From the NCBI GenBank assembly GCA_951406725.2, contig OX597815.1, positions 66,960,001 through 67,024,000 on the forward strand: a DNA stretch of 64,000 bases, given 5' to 3'. Made by a program: the position numbers and the translations under genes. The notes beneath the pieces were generated by a model. It ran no database searches and was not told where the DNA came from. It saw only the letters and a program-made list of their open reading frames with translations. How positions within the stretch are numbered: position 1 is the first letter of the stretch; the number at the start of each line of letters is the position of its first letter. This document shows positions 54,026 to 64,000 of the stretch, piece after piece. This DNA comes from Octopus vulgaris (taxonomy: Eukaryota).

Positions 54026-54031
54026 AATAAA
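54026..54031 (+). terminator. Probable PCNA polyadenylation signal
   Basis: AATAAA followed ~20 nt later by a GT/T-rich tract; implies a ~1.15-kb 3' UTR. Confidence 0.5.
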
Positions 54032-55253
54032 AAATATCTACTTTTTAGAATGTATTGTGATGATTATTTTTGTTTAATGAGTGATTATGTTCTGTAATTA
54101 ATGCTCTCACCTCAATTCAGTTTGAACATAAAGTCTGCAATTTAATCACCTTCCTGAGCTATTTCTTCTACCATACTGATATTTAACCATTGACCACACC
54201 TCCACCCTTGTACATCATTCACTACATTTACCTCTACACCCATCTCTAACCATTTGTCTCTATCCTCTCACATCCGTATGGATTTATCCACCCATCCTTC
54301 CTGTTCCTCAGTCCATATTCTCTCTCAACCTATCTTGTACCTTGAGACCTTGTTATCAACATCTTCATCTTCTTTTCAGCTACACTTATATATTGTGGAA
54401 TGACTGTATCTTTATAACAAGGCACTTGTACCTGTCCCTGTATAATACTTTAACACCTGGCACAAAAGTTACCTCCACCTCTTCTACAAACCCACTTAGT
54501 TGAGAGAGCTTTTCCCTTTCTCTTTGCTTTGCAAGTTACTTGGTTACAGTGTCGCAAAAAAAAAGTGTCAGTGCATGATGTAAAGTAGTTGACATTAGGA
54601 AGGGCATCCAACCTCAGAAACTATGCTAAATCAGGCAGGAGTTTGATGCAGCCCTCTGGCTTGGATCCTGTCAAACTATCCAATCCATCCAGCATGAAAG
54701 TTGGATGTTAAATGATGATGATGGAGACGATAGAAAGTTAGAGGTCCTGCAGAGTTCAGGTCAGGCCTGATTGGACAGACTAACAGGTATTTCAGCTGTG
54801 AACGTCTTGTCTCGTTTCAGGTATATCTTATCTGCACAAGTCATTAACTGTTTAACATTTAATCTGCAGTGGTTATTTATTCACATGGTTTCAAATTAAT
54901 CATGCAATTATCTTGTGGTTTCAGGATTTTGATGATTGTTTATTTTTAAAGTGATAGTGTAGAACAGGTGTAAGAGGCCAGATCTAGTTTGTTTGAACAT
55001 ATAAAATAAGTAAATATTTAGGCTGGATATGGCTGGTTTAAATGCTAAAGGGTTAAACTGCATTTAGTATGGGGCTCTAGCTTAGGACTTAAGGAATTTT
55101 GGAGAGTTTTCCCCCCTTCCAAATTGCAAGTTTTATTCACTTGTTTACTTATACTCCATTCTGTAGTAAACTATACATCCCACTTGTTGAAACATCAATC
55201 TGATTAAACTGTTAAAAAACAAAGTAGGGGTAGGTAACTCAAATTTTGATTGA

Positions 55254-55626
55254 TCTCTTTATATAAACGGCAGTTAGTCTGTGCGTGTTTCTGTGTGTCT
55301 GTTTGCTTGTACCCTCACCCTGACCACGGCTTTCAACCGATTCTGATGAAACTTGACACACACATAGCCCAATGTCATAATTCAAAACTAACGCAGCGAA
55401 AATTTTGAAAAGTTCCCCCAGTTCTGAAAAAAATCGATAAATTCGACATGGGGTCGAGAATCAGAAAAACAAACCGCAAACTGTCTAGGGGACGCAACTC
55501 CACCTTTTTTTACTCTCAAAAAAAATTTACCATCATTTTTTTCCCAATTTTGTGGCTATAACTCTCTAAAAATGCTTTATAGTTATTTCCCTTACAAACC
55601 TGAGCAACGCCAGCCGATACTGCTAG
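55254..55626 (+). mobile_element. Non-autonomous Helitron-like element
   Basis: A|TC start, CTAG|T end preceded by GC-rich ctgagcaacgccagccg, no TSD. Confidence 0.65.
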
Positions 55627-58379
55627 TATTAATTACAGTTACTCAGTAAATAAAAATCAGTTTTTAAACACTACTGCAGCTACATTACTCTTGCTGTTAT
55701 GTTTACTTAGGACTGGTGTGACTGCTATCTTTTGTGAAAATAATTTTTCTTTTGTTTTTAACGGCCGATTTCCATGCTGGCATGGGTTGGGCAGCTTGAC
55801 TGTACCAAGAACTGTTAATTTCTTACCAGGCCTTCACAAGCCATTTTCAGTTCCAGCCAGCAGTGATACAATCACCATAGTGTGTTGCATGAGTAATCAT
55901 TAGACAAAGATCATACTGTTGTACTACGATAATTTTTGGAGGCAAACAATCAAGTAGATTGCTATTGTTTGGTGATTGATGGATATCAACACTCCACTGG
56001 TTTTCCCACCAATTTTGTCTGGGCACTGCCTAATCATGTGAACAAGGACATAAATTTAAAAACTTCTTTTAAAATCAGTGTGTGCACCATGCCACAAAAT
56101 AAGGTATTTGAGTAAAATTGTCAGAAGAGAGGGCAAGTTTCCTTTGTCAAATCTGTGACCTGTCTCATTTTCAAAGTGAAGGTGCATAGCCTAGTGGTTA
56201 GGTGTTTGGCTCATAATCATAAAGGTTCAATTCTTAGACTGCCTGGCATGTTGAGTTCTTGAGCAAGGCACTTCATTTCACATCGCTCTAATTTAGTACT
56301 GTCTATCCCTTCCAGTGTCAGATACTGGTGGTTGTGTTAAATCAAGGCTGAAAATGCTTGTCTGCATTGGTTCATGGCTATTTAGGCAGCTAAAACTGAA
56401 AGAGAGGTACATGTTATCAAGCCATTTTTACCTTTGATTGATGGCTTGTTTTACTTTTTTTAACTGAATTATGAATGATAGTGGCATGGTTTCTTGTGGT
56501 TGAATGCCCTTCCTAAAACTAGCCACTTTACTGTATACTGGGGCATTTTTTAATATCAGTATTAGTGAAGTAATCTTGTAATCAGTATTGGTGAAGTAAT
56601 CAAGTGATGACTTGAGATAGGTGTTAAGCTAAAGTATGATGGAAAGAAATTTATTGTGGTAAATGGGGTGGGTTGAGTAGGAGGATCCATTTTTAGTCTG
56701 TTATAAGGATGAATATAAAAGGGTATGAAAAGGTGATGTGGAGACAAACTGTTGGGACAGGGTTAGTGAAAGCAAGAGGGAGATGGTGTTTGGGTGGGGG
56801 ATTAGGGTCAGTAAGGGAAGGGTGTGGTAAATTAATATTGTGAGAGCATCTCAGCCACTCTGTCACAAATTGTCATCTCTTGTGTGGATCAGCCTTTTGA
56901 GATAGCTTTTCACCATTTTGTCCCTTGTCTTAGATTCCTTTCCACATGCATCACCCACTTTGAGTGCCTGGCCTTTTATATTTTTAATACAACTACCATG
57001 ATCTATCCCAGTGGTTCACAACCAAGGTCCACATAAGATTTTATCCCTGTGTTCTCTCTTGCAAAATCCATCTTATCCCTCTTATATGCAGCTTATCTCT
57101 CAAGTCATCTGTACACATTAGCATGTGTAGCATCTAGCAGAGTATCTTTTTCTTCTTGGAGATTGAAATTTCTAGAATAGAAATGTTACATAAATCTTAA
57201 TGTCTTTGTAAAAATTAAGACTTCCAGTTTGTTAGAGAAATGCATCATCATTGTCATTCTAATGCTCATTTTTCCATACTTGCATGAGTTGGACAGATTT
57301 TTTTATGACTTAATGCTTTTCTTGTTGCCAAGCCTCTCCTGTTTCCAACTAAGGTCATATTTCTCATGAACAGATGCATTTTTAAGGAAGATAGAGAATG
57401 AAGGACACTTTATATGATGGTGACACTAACAACTATCATGCCGTATCAAGGCAAGGAGAAAGGTGGTGAGCTTGCAGAATTGTTAGTGCACCAGGCAAAA
57501 TGCTTAGTGGTATTTTGTCTTTACATTCAGAGTTCAAATTCTGGTGAGGTCAACTTTACTTTTCATATTTTTGGGGTTGAAAGAATAAGTACCCATTGAA
57601 CACTGGGGTTGAGGTATTAGACTTACCCTCTGCCCCCAAAATTGGCCTTGTACCAAAATTTGAAACCAATATCAATGCAAGGAGAGTGATACACAAGTCT
57701 TAGTTTCCATCTACCAAATCCACTCAAAGCTTTGGTCAGCCTGGGGCTATAGTAAAAGACACTTGCCTATAATAATGTACCGTGAGACAAAATGAGACCA
57801 GCTGGTTGAGCTGGCTAGAAAATCAAGAGAAAAAAGCGACTGCAAAACAAATGATTTACTCTGAAACCAGTTCAGAGTGTAATTGATTGAATTGGCCCCC
57901 AAAATATTTTTATAATTTTATCAACCCTGAAAAGGTGAAAGAAAATAAGCACCTCTCCTTACCCTCTCTTCTGACCAGTGGAATGCCAAAGTTCAGGCTC
58001 AAAGACCAAATTTAAGGAAGAGAAATTTGGTTTTTTTTTCTTTTAAACTCTTCCTTCAGAAGAAAGCTAGTGAGATTTTAACAAATCCAAATTTGTCATC
58101 CTTATACCAATAACACTTGACCTCCAAGCAAGCACTGGGTCATCATTGCTGATGGCCACCAAGAGTGAGGAAGAATATCTAATCAGTGTTGTCTTAAAGG
58201 GGCATATAGACACAGGGAAGTTGCCTGTGTTAATCTTTGCATGCTGTAGTGTTAGGGGATTCAAGTCCACTGCTTTGGCTGGACGTTTAAACATAACCCT
58301 GTGTCATCTCTCTAAATTATTGATTAAAATCTAAAAGAAATTTTGGTTACAAAATGTTTATTTTCTATCCCTTATTCCA

Positions 58380-58523
58380 TTATATTGATGTGTTAATGAT
58401 ATCTTTTAGTTTAGTCATGGAAATGTTGGCACCACAGGCGACTATAACGCTTTTCTGACCAGCAAACCGAGAAGCATTGGTCATAAATGCTCCAAGAGAA
58501 ACTCCTGCAGCCCCTTCAATAAC
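58380..58523 (-). CDS. Last exon of a fold-type II PLP enzyme, threonine/serine dehydratase-like (VIEGAAGVSLGAF...VIVACGANISMTKLKDIINTSI*)
   Basis: ctttttcttgcag acceptor, 144 nt to TAA, AATAAA just downstream (58362-58357); E(G/P)xxxxxxA and (S/C)G(G/A)N motifs. Confidence 0.88.
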   Translation of the reverse strand, partial: VIEGAAGVSLGAFMTNASRFAGQKSVIVACGANISMTKLKDIINTSI

Positions 58524-59836
58524 CTGCAAGAAAAAGATAAATTATTATTGTACCTTGGTGTAGTTAGTGCACTGTTAGAATGGCTGTGCTCAGTGTCTTA
58601 CAATTTATAATTTTTTCTTTTTATGATCTGAGATCAACACTTTATGTGTTGAACCTGGAGGAAGGGGCAGAGCCAATGACCCTTGCATGCCCTCTATAGA
58701 TTGGTAAGATTGATGTCAATGTCCTGTTTAAACTGTTGTAGGTCAACCCTGGCATGAATGGAGAAATTCCAGAGTGGGGAGGAAGGACTGGACACTGATT
58801 AGTGTAAAGATGGTGGAGGGGATACACATCAGTTCTAAGGAACAGGTCATTATAATAAGCAATAGAAAAGAGATGGTAAACAGGCTGGAGCCAATCAATC
58901 AAGTGGGCCTGGACCCAATTAGTCAAGTGGCCCTTCTATGGATGCAGACCAAGTTTGTCTGTAAAAGCAGCACTGTCCTAGATGTGAAGGCATTACTGCA
59001 TTGTAGATGTTGCTTGAACTTCATAGAACATTGATAATTATTTAAAGCTGAAGTCTTTCATGAACCAGTTTGTGGATACCAATCCTCGCTTTGTTAAATA
59101 TGTACATTTACCTGAGATCCTGAGTGATAGAAGTGATCATAAGGGCTCAAAATGAATGTCATTCATGTTTGGGATGGTGGTGGTATGATGGTGCATCTGT
59201 AATAATCTTTAGATTGCAGATATCTTTCTCATGGAAAAGAAAAAAAAGCAACCTTTCCCCCATGCCATGAAAAAAATGCAGTGGATATGAAATCATCATT
59301 TAATGTCTGTTTTCCATGCTAGCATGGATTTAGGTACAACAGGAGCAGGTGAGCCAGAGAACACCAAACTTCAATATCTGCTTTGACATAGTTAATACAG
59401 TTGGATGCCCTTCCTAAAGCTGATGTTTTACAGAGAGTACTGGATGCATTTTTGCATGGTACCAGTACTAATGACTTTGCCAAGCAACTTGCAAAACAAA
59501 ACCTCAGCTGAGGTGGGAGTAGCATTAAGGGAAGTGACATTATGTCAGGTGTTAAGAAATTAAAGTATGATAGAGGGACAGGAGCAGGTCTGTGGCTCTA
59601 TGAAGATATGTTGTTCCCCCAGTTGGAAAACAAAGAAGATGGTGAAAATGTCTCAAAACACATTCTTAAATTAAAGAAAATTTCCTTTCCATTAAACTAG
59701 GAGTTAATGTGAACTGGAGTTTGTCTTTGTATGGGTATAAAGGAAGTGTCTTGAAAAAAAATCATGGCAGTAAGGAATAACAAAATTGTTTTAATCATTT
59801 ATCTAAAAGTGAAGAAAAGCGACAAAACAAACTTAC

Positions 59837-59938
59837 CATTTGATGTTGGGAAAGCATAAAATAAATAGCTTTTGCAATTGTTTCTTCTTCAACTAGAATC
59901 CAGTCATCAACAAATGCATTGCAGTGGTCAAAAGTCAC
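59837..59938 (-). CDS. Penultimate exon of the same PLP enzyme (VTFDHCNAFVDDWILVEEETIAKAIYFMLSQHQM)
   Basis: ttttccag/gtaagt, 102 nt, phase 0-0; vDdxxxVxEeeIxxA motif. Confidence 0.88.
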
Positions 59939-60344
59939 CTGGAAAAGGGATGTATATATATATAAGCAAAAGATTCAAACACTAAGATTTGAAATAAGAT
60001 GTCACTACTGTTAATATCATCTGTGGATAAAGTTTAAAATTGATGGTATCAACAGCAGTAACAGGTGGATCGCATGCAAAATAGCATATAGCTATGAATT
60101 ATAAATTTGGATGAAATGTAATGATGCTTAACAAGCATACACCTGCTAGAAATAAGAACTAAAATCTTAAATTAATCCAAGTTAAACTGTATAATATTTA
60201 TTTTTGTGCTGTTGAATGTATTAATTCTTTCTGCTTTTCTGTTATTTTGGTGCTGTACAGTGGATTAATTTAAGACATTAGCTCTTATTTCTAGCAGGTG
60301 TATGCTTTTTAAACATCATTATGCTTTGCAAATTTATATATATA

Positions 60345-61010
60345 CAGGGGTTGGACAAAATAATGGAAACACCTTAAAATTTCAAACAAATTTATTTTAA
60401 TATGGGGTAAGACCGCCTTTGGCAGTAATTACAGCTTGAATTCTATGAGGTATGGACTCTACAAAGTTTGAATTGTTTTCAAAGGAACTTTTGTCCATTC
60501 TTCAGTTATTGTGATGGTGGAGGATATTGACTCCTTACTTGTTTTTTTAAAATGCACTATAAATGGTCAATAATATTGAGATCTGGGGACTGTGGTGACC
60601 AGATAAGATGTTCAATTTCACTAGAATGTTCCTCATGCCATTCAGTAACAACTTTAGCTGTGTGAATTGGAGCATCATTGTCCTGAAAGACTGTGTTTCC
60701 CTCCAGAAACAGTTCTGCAACCATAGGATGAATTTGATCTGATAAAATGTTTAAATAGTCTTGACTATTAATTCTGCCATGAAGGGAAACCATTGGGCTG
60801 GTGGATTTCCAAGATATAGACCCCCCCACCCCCACCAGATCATCAAAGATCCTCCATGTTTAACAGTTGGAAGAAGGCAGTCTGGATCAAATGCTTCTTT
60901 TGGCTGTCTTCACATGTATGGTTAGAAGTAAGGTAAAGGATGACTTGTCTGAGAAAATAACATTCTTCTACTGCTCTAGAGATCAATTCTGTAGGTTTTT
61001 ACTCCGTAAC
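60345..61010 (-). mobile_element. Truncated Tc1-family transposon in an intron
   Basis: TA|CAGGGGTTGGACAAAATAATGGAAACAC terminus; ORF VFQDNDAPIHTAK..WSPQSPDLNIIDHL. Confidence 0.88.
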
Positions 61011-61126
61011 GTAGAAATTTAAAATATTTGTCTTAATATAGAGTCTGATGAGGAGCTGTCTACAAGGCTTTGGCTTTGTAGATGCAAAACCTTGGGTAAC
61101 TCCATGTCCAAAGTTTAAAATTTTCT

Positions 61127-61165
<39 letters not shown>

Positions 61166-63142
61166 GCATCAGACAAAATACTTGTTGGTATTTCTCCTAG
61201 TTCTTTACGTTCTGAGTTCGAAATCAACCGAGGCCAACTTTTTCACACTTTCCATGTCAATAAAAAAAGTCCAAGTCACTGCTGGAAGTCGATGTGTTTG
61301 ACTTAATCCTCTCCTACAATTGGTGACCTTGTGCCGAAATTTGAAACCATTATTATTGTTGGACATAGTGGTATGTTGTAACAGTCAAATGGTACATACA
61401 TCTCAGCCCTTTAAATCAACGACTCAGTAATATATTTGATTTGAAGGAATCAGCTATCTCAGTTCCACCCCTTCTTAAGAAAGATGGACTTATTAATCAA
61501 TAGGAATCAATTAAAATAATATAGTGATTTACAGAATTGTTTCCCTTTAACAAAGTTATGTCCCTTCATTTTTGAATTGATATAAATTACTATGAGACTG
61601 GAAAATAAGAAGCATCTTCTCAGCAGGTGTAATTTTATAAATGAACAACTGAGAAAGAGAGAGATATAAAACATATACTCGAAACATAATTTGCGTAACA
61701 TCTAGAAGATGCAAACATAATAGAGTGAGGTTAAGCAAACACACCAGGTGTATTTGTTACAGAAATGATAGAAAGAGCAGAGAATAGATATGAGACAGTG
61801 GTTTAAAAGTGTTTGCCAATGTAGGTGTATCTACAAAACATAATTTCTCGTTATGTGATCTTATATGTGGATGTATTTGGTGCATTCACAAATCTGGAGT
61901 TGTTATTGTTTTAACGTCCACTTTTCCATACATGTATGGTCTGGACAAAGTTTATTGAAGCAGATCTTGTACAGCCAAATGCCCTTCTTGTTGCCAGCCC
62001 TCACCTGTTTGCAAGCAAGGTAATATTTCCTCATGGCCAGTCATGCTTTTGCAAAATATTGGAAATGAATGATACTGCTCAGCAGTGATACAGTGGCATT
62101 CATTTACAACTACCACACAGTGTCAGACCAAAGAGCCACTAACATATTAACTCTTTCTCTCTCTCTCTCTTACACATACACACACATATAAAAAACGGGC
62201 TGCCATCAATTTCCACCAACCAAATCCACTCACAAGGCTTTGTTTTACCTGGGGTTAGAGTAGAAAATACTTGGCCTGAGTTACCACACGATGGGGCTGA
62301 ACCTGAAATCATGTGGTTAGAAAGCAAAATTCTTAACCACACAGCCACACCAAGCAGTATTATTCCCTTGCCATATCATAACTGAGAGTTAAAAACTAAG
62401 TATGAAATTGCGTCCCAAGTAAGAGATGACCACATTCAGTGGTGAGGTTCCAGCTGGGCAGTTTAGGAGTTATAGGAAGTATGAAGTTATTCCTTAGTGA
62501 CCACCACTTTCAGGTCTGCCCTGGCCCAGGGTGGTGGTACCTGTCACAGGCTCCTATTATGGGTCATGTAGGAGTCCTGTGGCAAAGGCATACAGGGCTC
62601 AAAAGAGAGCTGGACCCTAGATATGTTACAAAGGCCCACTGATGTGTAGTCATGCTCTTATTATCATATGAACCAGTCTCTCTCTCTAAGTGTTAAACAG
62701 GCCAGTGCCTCAAGAATAAGCTTGGAAGGGGTAGGAGACTAGCAGAGTAAACTGTAAATAAATCAGAAAGTACCAGAAAATCCCTGATGTGTCTTTCCTA
62801 ATAAAAATCATGAATCTTCAGACTTTGTCAATGAACTCCATTGATTGTTGATGCCTGTAGGCATGGTACATGAGCAGACAAGAGAATAGAATTAGGTATT
62901 GATTCTGAATAGAATTTATCATTGGTCCCTTAACTTAGGTTGGGAGTGAAACATAAAAAAACGTGTAAACACTGCTGTTATAGGATGTGTGTAACTGTTG
63001 TTACAGGCTATATCTATCAGTTATTACTATATGTTATGTATAACTGTTGTTATAGGCAGTATGTAACAGATACTGTTATAGACTATGTAACAATTATTAT
63101 AGGTTGTATGTAATAACTGTTGTTATAGGCTGTATGTTGTTA

Positions 63143-63540
63143 GGCGTAGTTGTGTGGCAAGAGGCTTACTTTCCAACCAAGGATCTGGGTTCAGTCCCAC
63201 TGTATGACATCTTGGGCAAGTGTCTTCTACTATAGCTTCGGGTCAACTAAAACCTTGTGAGTGGATTTGGTAGATGGAAACTGAAAGAAGCCTATTGTAT
63301 ATATGTATATATATATATGTGTGTGTGTGTCTTTGTGTCTGTCTGTCCCTCATCACTGCTTGACAACCAGTGTTGGTATGTTTATGTCCCAGTAACTTAG
63401 TGGTTAGGTAAAATAGACTGATAGAATAAGTACTAGGCTTAAAAAATAAGTCCTGGGGTTGATTTGTTCGACTAAAACCCTTCGAGATGATGCTCCAATA
63501 TGGCTGCAGTCAAATAACTGAAACAAGTAAAAGAATAAAA
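63143..63540 (+). mobile_element. Composite tRNA-derived SINE (representative of the most abundant family; dozens of partial copies)
   Basis: head ggcgtagttgtgtgg..ggttcagtcccactg..cttgggcaagtgtctt, central (TA/TG)n, aagaataaaagaata tail. Confidence 0.7.
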
Positions 63541-63736
63541 GAATAGATTGTATGTAACAACTGTTGTTATTGGTTGTATGTAGTAATTGTTGTTCACCCT
63601 CCCATCTAGATTAAAACTCATTGTATATAGACAGCTCTGATCAAGTGTGTAATTTGCATGCATATGTGAGAGTATGATAACCAAATAAAGAAAAAAAAGT
63701 CAACAAACAAAAAAAATGGGAGTGAGGTGTACATAC

Positions 63737-63862
63737 TGAATTCTCTTCAATTCCACCTGAGGTGGCATCTGAGAGTGTTTCTTGACTTTCTTCAAATATT
63801 ATAGTACTGGCCTTGATACTCTCATACATCACTTTAGATAATCGTGGTTGACAACCAATCAC
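63737..63862 (-). CDS. Internal exon of the same PLP enzyme (VIGCQPRLSKVMYESIKASTIIFEESQETLSDATSGGIEENS); gene continues beyond the right edge
   Basis: ttttag/gtatgt, 126 nt, phase 0-0; viGvqP and TlsD motifs. Confidence 0.88.
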
Positions 63863-64000
63863 CTAAAATTTAAAACAAAATGAAATGAAAGATAATGGAT
63901 AGTAAACATGATAGCAAAGATATTTCATAACTTATATGATGTCTTGTTTGGTGAATCATTGTTGGGACTGAAATTCTGAAAGTAAAATACAATCGGCCAT

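Noticed and set aside
58067-58294. 75-aa ORF just downstream of the PLP enzyme stop
   Set aside because: A TGA lies between the nearest acceptor and the ORF; no recognisable homology; likely 3' UTR or intergenic

Overview
AT-rich animal genomic DNA, dense in SINEs, MITEs and microsatellites; repeat style and gene sequences suggest an octopus/coleoid cephalopod (inference). Three intron-containing genes: (1) MICU1 on the minus strand (ten coding exons from 39895 down to 125, a likely non-coding first exon ending at 46619, last exon beyond the left edge); (2) a complete five-exon PCNA on the plus strand (46884-52888, 261 aa), head-to-head with MICU1 across a ~265-bp promoter with E2F sites; (3) the last three exons of a fold-type II PLP enzyme (threonine/serine dehydratase-serine racemase superfamily) on the minus strand (63862-58380). 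The main signal is the 28.6-kb phase-0 MICU1 intron after 'FDPK', the position of the vertebrate MICU1.1 'EFWQ' microexon. It holds several frame-preserving candidate microexons (12, 18, 36, 39 nt) and a 25+4+11-nt trio that could replace the next exon. All are predicted from splice signals only. Also present: long fold-back elements in introns, a perfect 47-bp hairpin, a templated-insertion triplication in PCNA intron 2, and decayed piggyBac, Tc1/mariner, Helitron, RTE, CR1 and RLE-type LINE copies.
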